Assembly (NCBI GenBank): GCA_000708835.1 | Contig: DF237410.1 | Coordinates: 11,980-75,979, forward strand | Source of the DNA: Klebsormidium nitens | Lineage: Eukaryota; Plantae; Klebsormidiophyceae | Reading direction: 5' to 3' | Length of the DNA: 64,000 bases | Part shown: in pieces, positions 37,701 to 50,082 of the stretch | Position numbering within the stretch: the stretch's first letter is position 1 | How the letters are laid out: each line of letters begins with the position of its first letter | Position numbers and translations under genes: made by a program | Notes under the pieces: generated by a model | The model's input: the letters and a program-made list of their open reading frames with translations, nothing else | What the model was told of the DNA's origin: nothing | Databases searched by the model: none

Positions 37701-40213
37701 TGATGATGGCGATGTCCGCCACCTGGGAGCCGACGTGGTAGTGCAGCAGCTGCAGGCAGTCCAGCATGCCCTCCTGCGGAACAGGCAGGCACGGACGTCG
37801 AGACGCGCTCAAGGACAGGCTCCCGAAACGATAGGGCGCCAAACGGCATCTGCTCCACCTTTTCAGATCTTCGAAGGATCATGTTCAAGGATCATAACCA
37901 CCGAGACACAAAGTGCATGGACCAAGCCTTCGGGAGCACGCTGGCTGGTCACGTCGCCCCTGCTGTTCCCACGCGGCACATGCGGCTTTAAAGTGGATCC
38001 GGGGCCATACCTCTCTCAGGGTGTACACCACCTTGACAATCTCGGGGATGGTCAGCCCAAACTTGCCCTTGTCCCCCGACGTCCCCCCCCAGTGGCCGTC
38101 ATGCTTGGTACTCAGCTTGGCTCGCACGCCAATCACTGGCCGCACATCCAGCTTGCGGCTCACGTGGAGCAGCAGCGGGAGCTCGTCCACCTGCACCAAG
38201 GAACGGATACCGTTCGGTATGTCCACCTCCCGAATGCTGAAAGAGACGAGTTGTGCTACCCAGCTTGGACTGTAAGCAGTTACCTTCAACGCCTTTGAAG
38301 AAGGCGCCGACAGTTTTCAACTCTCGATTTGTCAACGGGACCTTATTCCCTGTCTTCACATACACCAAAATACCAACATTCTTCCATTTCCTATCGACTT
38401 ACCTTGCCAGCCAAGCAGATATCGAGCAATACTTGAGCCTTTCGGACCTCTATGCAGAAGAATACAGTGAAGGGTGCTTCTGCGCATGACATGCAGGTGC
38501 AGAGTTGACAAATGTCTCACTTGCTCCAAGACGATCACAGCGTTCGTTCCCAGTTGCCTTGCCAGCAGGACACTTTCCATGTAGATTTCATCCTGTAGAG
38601 CAAGCTTGGTAATTGGTTTCAAAAATGGAGATTATCGGAATTTATTTTTGATGTTCTTTTTTCCACAGGAAGAACGAAAGTAGCTAGCGAACAAATCATG
38701 ATTATTCTGGTCAAACGAGCATCGCATTCTCTGGCCCTCTTCAACTCCTGCATGGATTTTGATGGCACTGACAGCTGGGAGAAACAACCAAGGAAACAAG
38801 TTGGGCATTCCAGGAAGTGCAGACTGGCAGGCCTTCGAGCGGAGCTGCACAGCTGAGAAACGAACAATTTGGAGCCGCAGAAGGGCCACGATGCTCAACA
38901 ATGTGCAAGGACGAATACTGACAAAACCGTGCTACTTATATCCCCAAATCGACTTTGTTTTGTCAGAATTGAACTGTTACAACAGAACGGGCAGGCCTTG
39001 CTTACCTTATAACCATTGCAAACAAGAAGCGCATCATCGTTTTCTCTGAGGTTGGCGATTGCAATCAGTAGCTCTGGCTTCGAGCCAGCCTCCAAACCAA
39101 ACCTGAAGTTCCTGCCATACTCGACGATGTCCTCTATGAGATATCGATCATGATTGCATTTGACAGGGAAGACGCCCTGGAAGTGGCCCTGCAAGGAGAA
39201 GCATACAGCTCAGAAAATGGCTGCAAGCGTCAAGCTCAAACAGACCATGCTGAAGATATTCTGGCTAGTTTCCCATGCTGCGTCCATATTACAAAGTAAT
39301 GGAGAGGGGGACACTGATTTCATCAGCTATTCAAAAAAAATTGTACTCAGCAAGGAAAGATGCTTGTCCAGGTACCTGATAGCCATATTTTCCGATGGCG
39401 GTGTCAAAGCACCCCTGCAGCTGGGCCATGCGATGCTGGACGATATCGGGGAAGCGAAGAATCATTGGCAGCTCCACGTTCCTCTTGCGCACAGCTTGGA
39501 TCAGCTCCAGTAGATCCAGCTCATCCGATCCTGATCACACCAATGCACAGCTCCCTTCAGCTTTATGATTGAAAGGCAAGTCCTTGTTCGACAATACATC
39601 GTGCAGACTGCCTGAGCCAACTGATTGAGACTTGTACGCAATCAGGCTTGAATGATGGTTGAAGCAGCGAACGGGCCAGCTCAAACGCATTTCTTCTACA
39701 GAATCCAACATGCTGACCAGCCGAGAGATTCTTACCATCTTCAGAGCCCTTAGGCCGGATTGCCACGTTCCCCCGTGCATTGATTGAAAAGTAAGGAGAT
39801 CCCCATCCTTCGACTCGATATAGATCAGCTGCATCCTGAGGGGTCCAGGCTGCCTCCCAGTCCTCGTCAAGATCTCCATCCTGATCCAGAATGGCAGCTG
39901 AAGGTAGCCGCTCTGGTGTAGCTACTCCATTGGATTCTGAAGATCTCGAAGCCACGCCTGAGTGAACCCTAATTCTCCAGCGTTGTTTTGAAATATGTTG
40001 CCTCTCCAGCCCTTTTCGTTCGCCCAAGCTTACCGCATACTTCTGAGCCCAGCTGCTCCCTGCTCTCGTCTTATCATGAAGGCGACGGACCTCTGGGAAA
40101 GCGCCAGCAATTGCAGAGCTGACCTGTGACGAGGGCCTCAAGCAGCAGTGCTTGCGGGAGGCAAGTGCGCTCCCCAGATTGGTGCTGGTCACTTGAAAAG
40201 TGGTGCAGGCCAT
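34736..40213 (-). CDS. ADC: Arginine decarboxylase, 13 coding exons, transit-peptide-like N-terminus
   Basis: [15 protein letters not shown]; [12 protein letters not shown] (PLP lysine); [11 protein letters not shown]; LVCNGYKD; LHYHVGSQ; [13 protein letters not shown]; [10 protein letters not shown]; [10 protein letters not shown]; ADLTCDSDG; [12 protein letters not shown]. Confidence 0.96.
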
Positions 40214-40748
40214 ACCTGATCAAGTAGCACAACTAGATATTACATATGTAAAGCAAATTGGTTGTTTGCGGTATGAATTTCCGGGACGCAGGACGCATGA
40301 ATCCTAACAACAACGTTTCACTTCCTTGGTTCCATCATCGTCTTGATAGGGGCTAGCGAGGCTCAGAGCCAATTGCAGGAGCTCTTCAGCAATCCTTGTC
40401 TACGAAGACCCCCAGCAGGTGGGATTCAGCATTTGCGTCGATTTCTCCTCAGGTCATGGTGTGTCAGCTCAGCTGGCAGAAAGGAAGAAAGGTGCACAAG
40501 TGGGATCCATCAACGATATGATCCCTCCTACAAAGTTGCCTGATACATATGGGTATTTAACTATTATGCAATCAAGACCGTCAGAGTCAAGTGGCTGCGG
40601 CTGCCGCAGCCATTGGCATCATGGCGCCCATCCGCCCGTTTTCCCGCTGCCTGGTGCCAACAACCATGCAGGATGCACTGCTGCCGAAAATGGTGGGGCA
40701 ACCCACAAACTTCAATGACAAAGTGTTCAAAAAATGTGGGTTTAAAAT

Positions 40749-40785
40749 TAGGGTTTCTATGGGCTAAGCTCGTCCTTTAGGGTTC
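40749..40785. promoter_or_regulatory. Telo-box (TAGGGTTT) with adjacent site II-like TGGGCT and a second TTTAGGGTT
   Basis: TAGGGTTT at 40749-40756, TGGGCT at 40760-40765 and TTTAGGGTT at 40777-40785, between the divergent ADC and PhyH starts. The telo-box/site II pairing is a known plant cis-module; function here is inferred. Confidence 0.45.
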
Positions 40786-40790
40786 CAGTC

Positions 40791-43700
40791 ATGCTCCTAT
40801 TGGAGTTTGTGTTCTCAGAAGCAGAGCAGAGGTACAACTACTACAAGGCGCCACCGAGGGCCTTCTCACTGTGTGGCCCTTTATTCTCTCCTCACAGAAA
40901 GCAGCTACCATCCTGCGCCACTCCAATATTTTGGCGCTTCATCACAATGAGCACCACTTGGAACGCAGGTTGCAAGAGAACTTTCAGTTCCAGCATCTAC
41001 TCTGACAAGTTTCATATATGGAATGAGAACGTTGTTAAGGTGAACTACAATGGATGTCACGATCCACATCGTAGTAGATGCAAAAAGCCTGACACTAAGT
41101 GTTTTGTAAGCAGTAGCGGTCAGTTGCCTGGCGCGAGACTGTCCTTGGAGAGTGGTGGCAATCAGCTGCACCCTGGAAACGCCCATTGGTGTTGCAATCC
41201 GCTGCAACTCAAAAGAGAGAGCCACTTGTGGCCGCGCAAGTGGGGTGTGAATGCAGCAGCCAGGAACAGTGTCGCGATTGAAGAGGCGGACGAGGATGTT
41301 ACGGAGGAGGAAGAGAGCTTCCACAGACATACCACCAGAGACGATGCATACTGGAATAGTATAATGCAGGCCATCACTGAGGATGCATCTCCACGGTCTG
41401 AACATAAAGATTCAAAGCGGTTAGTGAATAGGGACAAGGGGGAGCAGATTGGAACAGTAAATAACGTTGAGAAGCAGAGCCCGGGGAAGTTGCAAAAAAA
41501 CATTAAGCACGTGGTCAAAAATGAAGCGGAAGGAGAAGCTTCAAAGCAACTGGATGGCAGATGGAAAGAAGCAGTTGATACTGAAGTGAAGGTGTCTCTG
41601 AAACAACTTTTGCAATTCGAAAGAACAGGTGAGAATGCCCTGATCTTTTGTCTGTAAGAGCTAGTTTGGTTATCATCTGGTCCCCCTGATAAGCATCCCA
41701 CAAACTTCTCTGATGCTGCCACTCCAGCAGAGTGACCCCGCCTCTGAGCACACCACTCCAGTTCAGTGTTGCCTGTTCTTTCAGGGCACGTCTTGGTGCG
41801 CCAGCTTGTGCCAGAAGAGGCGATGGAGGAGTGTGCGGAAGAGATCTGGGCTGCTGCAAGGGAGCAAGAGCTTGAAGCGTACCGACACCGGGTAAGGACT
41901 ACTTTCATTCAACGTGCTGGTGGTGGCCACACTACATGGGGAAGCATAGGGGGGTTGCAGAGGCATGACAATACTTGTTTCTTGAATCCTGCCCTCATTC
42001 AACTTGCGTTCCGCAGGTTGCTGTCTTGTGCCCCGGGGTGGACGCTAGTTCGGTGTCCAACATCGAGCAGGCGCTGGCCGTGTTGGCCGAGCATGCTACC
42101 GACGAGCTGGGCTTCCTCCAGATGTTCAACCTGCACCGCTACAGCCGCACAGTCCGGGAACTGGTCACTTCCCCTCGGCTGGCCAGGGTGGCTGCGGATC
42201 TCTTGGGCGCCTCGAAAGTGCGACTGTATCAGGTGAACGTCCGAGTTTGCAACATCGTTCCTGATAAAGATTGCCTGTTGTTGCATTCCAACCCCTCTTG
42301 ATGCAAAGAGATCAAGGCCGGCTTCTCAAGAGAGTGCTGACTTTCCTTGACTTTGAATGACCGTCCCTGGGCAACAATGTTGAGACTGTGTTGCATCGAG
42401 TGTGACTCTTCTTAGAGAGGAACTTGATGTCACTTATGTGGTCACCTTATTCACAGTACAACTTGCGGCTGCAGGACTGTCTCTTTTTGAAGCAGCCGGG
42501 ATTCGGGGCGACCAACTGGCACTCTGATTTGAATATGGTAAGCCTCGAAGGATGGGCATTGCTTCTTTTGTGGTCCTGGCCTGTTCGACTCTGTCGGACA
42601 AGTCCGGTCCATGCACCAGGTCTTTCACCACTTAGGTTCACTCGAGAAACGTGGCGGAGAATGTGGACCTCTGAGTACACCACGCTCGAAAAGTTCTTGG
42701 AGCAAGTGGCCCCCTCCTGGACGTTGAGCAGCCAGCAGACTCGCACAAGGGTCGTTGTAAGAAATGACCAACGCACCGTGGGGAGTTGGCATGGCTCCAC
42801 ATTGGTTCTTCGCAGGAAAAACGACCCTAGTGCGAGATTGCGGCTGCATTGCGGCCAACCCAGAGACCCAAGCTGTCAACCGCATGCGTTTACTCATCCC
42901 GCACCGGGTGACGGGACTTGCTGCTTAGACTGGATTTGGCGGCAACAAGCGGGCCTGCAGCTGTTGCAGTCGGTGGACGGAGGAGTGATTGAGTCGGTCC
43001 TCGTTTGGCAGGTTCCCCTGGACACGAACGCGTTTGTAACGTTGTGGATCCCGCTGCGCGCCATGGATGAAGACGACTCCGGCCTGCTGTTCGCTTCCGG
43101 TGAGTCGCGCTCATTGATCGCAAGGCACCGGCACCGCGGATGCACCTGCCTGGCAGGTCCAAATGCCTGCTTCGGTTGATATGGGAAGAGGTGCCAAGGT
43201 TGTATCTCCACCGTGGGGCCTTCAATGCGAGGGCCCTTGTGCTTTCATAGTGACAAACTCTGCATTACCTGCTTATGGAGCCTGCGATTGTCAACAGTTC
43301 CTTGGGTTGTGCGGTTGCAGGTTCCCACCGCGACTTTTCGCTGGCCTACTGGCAGGACCTGGAGGGAATGGAGGACCTGGAGCGGCGCGAATATTTGCTG
43401 GAGGACCACGGCGCTCTTGACCTGGGGGATGCCACGTGTCACCACGGCTGGTGCTTGCACTACGCCTCGCCGCAGCCCGAGGACTCGGACGCACGGGCAG
43501 CCCTCAGCATAAGCTACTTTGCGGACGGGGCGAGGGTGCTGGACACACGGCATGCGAGGTGAGGCAGGAGACGGGTCAATATCGCTGGAGGCTGCTTCGG
43601 ACTGGTCTGAAAGAATGTCTTCCTGGCAGGTCATGTTCCAACTCCCGTGGCCTTGGTGCTTTGAAGGCAACTTTACGATCGTTTGCGCCATGCTTATTGC

Positions 43701-43911
43701 GTCGACATGTGCACAACTGTAATTGTCATCTCAAGCTTGAGCGGCTACATACAGGCGAAAACCTCACGACGAAGACGCATGGAGCTTTCGAGGATGGAGA
43801 CAAGCACTGCGAGAAGGCGACCTGGCAAACCACCCCTTGTTACCTCTCGTCTATCCAGCTGCGTTGAATGATCGAAAAGACGTCACGAAGCGTAAAAAGA
43901 CGAGACGATAA
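40791..43911 (+). CDS. PhyH (phytanoyl-CoA dioxygenase-like) Fe(II)/2-oxoglutarate dioxygenase with a long N-terminal extension; start may be 40947
   Basis: GHVLVRQLV; RLARVAADLLGASKVRLYQ|DCLFLKQPGFGATNWHSDLNM|VPLDTNAFVTLWIPL; LLFASG|SH; GDATCHHGWCLHYA; RAALSISY; last exon RKPHDEDAWSF...NHPLLPLVYP...KRKKTRR*. The HxD...H facial triad and the 2OG-binding Arg are present. Confidence 0.88.
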
Positions 43912-45210
43912 CCTCGTCGGAGTTGCCATTTAGCTGCCAACTTTCCATTTGCCTGCCTCCCTCTTGCCAGTTGTTGGAGAATGCAAATCGGTCGATCTTG
44001 CAAGATAAGTAATCGAGCATACTGAGCAGCCATACAGCTTGGACGTGTGCTTCTCGCCCAGTGAACCTGATTGCCCCTAGTCGTCAAGCTGCACACAGGA
44101 GCTGCAAGCAATGTCAAGTCGAGGGCCGGGGCGCAAGGAGACTTAATTGTATGCTATGCTACACAGACTTAAGTTGGTGAATCATGTTTCATTATAATAT
44201 GTGACTCGTACGTGCTATTGTCGCAAACGTCTCCAGAAATGTGAGCTCGTGACTACCGCTTGGAAGCATTGATTGATTACTATCACATGTCAGAATTGAA
44301 TCAAGCCAGGTTTTAGAAATTGAAGCATGGTACTTGCCCATTATAGTCGCATGCAGTGCAACTCGCCTCACATATGTATGTTCTCGAGCTCTCTGGTGGC
44401 ATGCAACGAGCTCTAGATTTGCGCGTGGCTCAGTCAGCGATGCAGTGTGATGCACGCGGAGTCGGTGCATGATAATTTAGCAGTATTCAAGCCGCGCCAT
44501 ATGATAACGAACATTCAAAACAGTTCCGTACGTGGAATGCTTCATGCACCGTAGAAAGTAACGCGGACATGCATGCAGATGCAACGCTTTAGCTCCATCA
44601 AGGAGGAAGCTTTGATCGAAAGCCCGCTCGATCATCGGATTGCAAAAGGCAACGGCTTTCGTTATATAGTCTTGCATTACTGGAATGCCGAGCCTCGTCT
44701 CGAGCTTTTATAGGAAATCTGGCCGGCCGGATGCGCGGTGCGGTACATGTGCAGCAATCCTGCCTTAAATAGCATGCGATGCCCTTTCATAAATCAAGAC
44801 GTGTGCCTTAACGCAAGCTGGTCAAGACGGAACATCGATCAGTGTACGTCCAACCCAAACTTCAAACTGACGTCTAAACCCAGAAGTGACACCCAAAGCC
44901 ACTATCTGTATACCGCGTGTATTGCATGATCTAAGCAACACAAATACTTCTCAAGACACACGGCTGCTCAAACCATGGCCATGATAGTGCTCGTTGCCGG
45001 CCAGACGGTGAGTTTTAAGGCCTACCCGTGTCGAGGACACTGAGTTTCAAAGCCGCATGCATGAAAGGGAGATGCAAGGCCGTGCACGATCGCCCGCATG
45101 TCATCAAGTCTTTACCTGAAGAAGAGGGCTTCTGGGATGACTCGAACCTCTACTCAACAACACAAATTGCAAATCCCGATCACTGGCGCCCTTCCGCAAA
45201 AGTGACTTGC

Positions 45211-48200
45211 TCAGTCCTCGTCGCCCGGTGCAGCCTCGGTTCGCGCGCGCTTACGCGTCTTGATGGTTGACGTCGCCTCCTTCGTCAGGCACTTGGCAAA
45301 GCTCTTGGTGAGCTCCTCCCGGTCAAGATTGCGCCCGATGAAGCAGAGCCGGTTCACCCGCTTCTCGCCCGGCTGCCAGGCCTTCCCGACCCCGTCGTCC
45401 GAGGACGTTATCCGCATCAGCATGTGCACGCCTGAGGAAAGGTTTCGACGCCATTGAGGTCACGTCTATCTCGCAGGCAGAGTTTCTCAGTGAGAGCCCT
45501 GACGACCGGCGGCTCAAAACGATAGGACCTTAACATTGCCATCTGACCGCAAGTGTTTTGGCCAAGAGAACCAGGGCCCACTAGGGCCCACTTTAGCGGA
45601 AAGCATCAAGCAGTACTCGGTCCACCAGTGCAGCGAGTGGAACGAATGCCAAAGAGCCAAAAAACCGCAGCCACGAAGAAAACTCCTCTTGGTCAGAAGG
45701 TGTACCTTGAAAGACGTATTTCTCGTCACTTCCCGCCACCGACAGCACCCCCTTGGATCGGAAGATGTCCTGGCCGCGCTCATTCAAAAGGTTGCTTAGC
45801 CACCTGATAGGCACCAAAGAAAACCACATTACCGTTCACTTTAGTAAATCGATAACCGCCACGCCGTCTATTGTTTAGCACGCCTCAGACTGAGGCTTTG
45901 GACGGTGCCCTGCAGTCAAGACCGTGGCAGCTAAGGCAGAATGAGATGCCAAGAGCCATCACAGACGTAAAAGGACAAGCTCGATAGAGGCCTTTCGGAT
46001 CTGCAAGCTCTGTGAAAGAAGTGAGTCTCGTGATATCCAAGGCGGTCATGAGCAACCCATGCGGGGTTTCAGAGTTGAGTACACATGCAGTGCTAGGGCT
46101 GCTACTCACTTCTCGAGCTTCTTCACGTGCACGTTCCCCTCTTCCCGGATGCCCACGCTGGATACGCTGAGGTCATGCATGTGCTCAGCATCGACCTTCA
46201 GGAAGTCGGGGTCCATGTCCATGACGCGGGCCAGGTCGAACGCCTGCACGACACGTGGCACTGATCCCGGCGTCCTCAACCGCCTTGTCTAGTCCAGACA
46301 CATCCGAGAGAGTCTCTTGAACGCGATCACCAAACAATAGTTGCTGAACCTGAATCCGAGCTAACCCGTGAAATTGTAGCCTCTAGTTGATCATTAGCTA
46401 GCAACCTCAGGCATTCCCACAGCGTGCAGGCCGCAATCAGCTTAAAGTAGGAGCGAAGCAGATTGGTTGAGATCGAAGAGGTCTCAAGCTGTTCAGGTAC
46501 CCACCTTCAAGTTCATAATCTCCTTCAGAGGTACGCGCGAATTTTGGCACTCGACGATGTCACAGAACTGCAAGTCAAATCAAGGGTTGCGCCTTTCAGG
46601 AAACATCTGCACGCTGAATGCAAGGCAGCCTTCCAAAAAACCTACAGGACATTTGCGTACTACAGGAGGTCATTCTTTGGGTGTTTCTTTGGGAGGTTCT
46701 TAGGACAAGACGTCTGTTCAGCCAATTGCTTCTGGGCCGCGTAACGGGCTTCGAAATAACCAGGAAAGAAGCAAGCCGACGAGAACCCCCAACCAGAGTT
46801 GCACGATTCAAAGCAAAACGAGCGTGTCCCATTTCACTGTCCACAAAGAGAGTTCGCCACCACCCCCCCTGCCAATTGAAAGACTCGTCTGCTTTACCGA
46901 GCAAGAGGAGTCATCGTGGGAACAATTACCCAGGGCACCGAGACAAAGGCGTCTGCAAGACACAGGGGTCGGCTGCTTGATGGGCACGCTTAAATTGTGA
47001 CCCAACTAGAGCGCGTCTTTCGAACCGCTCTCTCACCTTGTTGATGGCACGGATGCTGTTCTTCACGTGCACCTTCTCCTCAGAGGTAACGAGGTCAACC
47101 TGAGCCAACGACCGAAGGATGCTCAGTGCTTGTTGTCGAAATTTCTATTTGGAATGTTCGTTCAAAGAAGAAACTTCAGTGAAGCAAGCTCCGAAAGGCA
47201 CCACGACAGGCAGAAGCAGTTTGTGACGCGAGATGGCCAGCGTCAGTATGTATGGACATTCATTTCGGTGGACTTTCCTCGGCTTGAAAGACTGCCCATC
47301 TCAACTGCGACGTACTATCCCCAAAAGCGTACCTTGTTGAGCAGGATCTTGTCAGCGAACGCAACCCGCTCCACTGCAAAATGACATACAAGGAGTGGGT
47401 TGGATTGTCGTTGAGCTTTTCAAAGATTGAGAACTTGAGGCACGTATTACACGGATCCTGTGAGATTTTGTTTGACGGTCAACACCCTACACCAGCTGCC
47501 AAGCTCTAATCGAACTTAGACCTCCAAAGGAGGGCATATCATGAAAAGGGCAGCAATAGAGTCACCTCAGTGCCCCACTGGAGCTGACGGCCCATCATAT
47601 CATCCAGAACGATTTGACGGGTCTGAGAGCGTTCGCTCTCTTACCGGCCTCGTTCTCCACCCCGTCCGGCTTCTTTTCCTTGAGGTGCTGCTCGATGTGA
47701 TACGCGTCGACAACCGTGAGGATGCAGTCGATTGTGAAGCGGTTCTTGATGTCGGGGTCCAGCATGAAGGTCTGCAGGAGAACGCCAGAAAGTGTTGCTT
47801 GTCAATGCCGGGATTCCGCATGCGGACCATGGACGAGGGGCTACGACCACTTTTGTTGGGGAGTCGACCTGCTCGACCCGTGACTTTGAATCTATGTACT
47901 ACATTTTCAGATGCAAGAGAGAGCACTTGATGAGTGATATGTTGCTGACGGCTAACCCAAGGTTTTAAGAAACGTCCTGGTCGTCCACATCGTGAAGTCA
48001 AAGCGTCCTTTCAATCGGACGGGTTTCTTTGCAGTGATGGTGAAAAGTGGAGGCCCACATCAAAATCCCTCTTGTGAGGCTTGTCGTGGGCCTCATTTAC
48101 GTTTCATTTGGACGTTTCATTTGGAAGCGGTTGCTGCCGGACAACTTTAAGACCTAGCATTTTAGCGCAGGGGAGTGAGTGCATATGACGCTTGCGACCA

Positions 48201-50082
48201 CAAAAAAGTGTGAGCGGTAACCCCATTGCTTTCTGAAGAGTTGGTGTCTTGAAAGCGTACCTGGGCAACAGGGGCAGGGTCACAGAGCCCAGTCGTCTGC
48301 AAGTGGACACGAGTTTAAAAGATCTTTCAAGAGATAATAGCGAGTTTTTGTGCAGCAGTCAATCCTGTGAGATGCGTAACACTTCAAAGCAACACATTCC
48401 GTCTGCTTCATCAAACAAGGACACAACTGCGAGGAACAAGGCTAGATGGGCACCTGTCCTAGATTTACCGTAGAGCCAAATGTTATCATCCGTTTGGGTG
48501 GATCTACAGCTGGACCGAGAATTTGCCCGACCTACGACTGAAGAAGCAGAGGAAGTTCACCTCTATGAGGATCGCGTCGAATTGGTTGCGACGTGCCGCC
48601 AGCTTGATCAGTATCCGGATAAGGTCTCCCCGCACGGTGCAGCAGATGCAGCCGTTGTTCATCTCGAAGATCTCTGCAGAAGGATTCGCAGTTTGGGGAA
48701 AGACACAAGTCGCCTTGCACCTGTCTCAGCATTCCGATTCTTCCTGATTAAACACTTAAACGACTAGCTTCCATTAGTCAGCCACGTCTGTGCAGGAGGG
48801 GAAGTACCAATCCATGCACAGTTTCTCAGGGCTAGGATGAGATTCTTTCAAGCACCACCTTCCTTATGTCTTATCAAAATAGGGCCTCCGAGGACTCTGA
48901 TCAGGACGGGCAAGCAAAAAGCAAGAAACCAGTCTGCTCTTCGAGCGAGCCCAGTTAGAGTCCTCGCAGCAAGTGACAAGCTGTCTTCACTCACCTTCCT
49001 CAGTGTCAATAACAAGAGCGTCATCGACACCCACTTCGCCAAACCTGCAGACAATAGTGCAATTTTAGGGCCAAAAGGTTGGATAGTATGCGAGCCCCTA
49101 TCTAGCACGACCTTTTCTGTCGCTTCAACACGGATTGAACTGTGCGAGCTAGGAGGGAAGATTGGAAACAGCCGTTAGATATAAACAGCAGCAGTGCAAC
49201 AAGTCCCCTTGATGTTCTGAATAATACGCTTACGAGGCAAGGCTGTGACCAGGGGCGTCTCTTTTCTGGTGCTTTCAGAGTCTTTGCCACAAAGTCTAGA
49301 AAGGTGGCATCGGGGCAGCTTGCAGAACATAGGGAAGGGAGGGAAGGCACTACGAACTACATCCATCTCTTAAGGGTGCCTAAGTACCACATCGAATATA
49401 TCTTGGCGGGCGGTTCAGCAAAAATGGACGTATGACTTTGCTTTGGCCATGGAATCAGGGGCCTGTTGATCTGGATTCAGAACTCTGACACGTCTGGTTG
49501 CCTGGTTTGCTTTGACGCTAGTAGACACAAAGGTTCTATAAACCCACTCGTTCTCGATGATGGCGATCTTCATGCCATGGTTCTCCTTCAAAACTGCAAG
49601 GGACAGGAGATCAAGCATCATTGCGGTGCTAACTGCTTCTGAGAGGGCTTCGGATCTGAAGCCCTGCATCTCTTCTTTCTAGTGAATGTTATGGTAAGAG
49701 GAACAGTGTCAACCCAGAAGCTTCAAAACCCTGAGGACTAGGACTAGTAATCAACTGCTCACTACATCAAGCTGGTGGAGACTCCTCAAGTTGACGGTAG
49801 GAGAGGTGGCCGTCTATCAGCCTGACACAATAAGTAGTGAATGCCAAGCAACGGCTGAAAGCAAGGCTGTCAAAGACTTGGTCAGGTATCAGGCCCACAA
49901 CTACCTGCAGCATAACCTTGTACTCAGCTTACTGGCACTACTGGCCTTGACGAGCACATTCTCAACTTACTGTGGTTGACAAGTGTTGTTTTGCCTGCGC
50001 CCAGGAACCCAGTCACCACAGTCACGGGGATCTTCTTTGCCGCAGCTCTCTCGGGCTGATCAGGTGCCATACAGGCCGTCAT
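45211..50082 (-). CDS. CobW/COG0523 (ZNG1-like) G3E metallochaperone GTPase
   Basis: IPVTVVTGFLGAGKTTLVNH|ILKENHGMKIAIIENE|FGEVGVDD; EMNNGCICCTVRGDL; ILIE|TTGLCDP; AFADKILLNK|VDL; IFRSKGVL; LCFIGRNLDREEL. ATG at 50082 (alternative at 50070). Confidence 0.93.
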
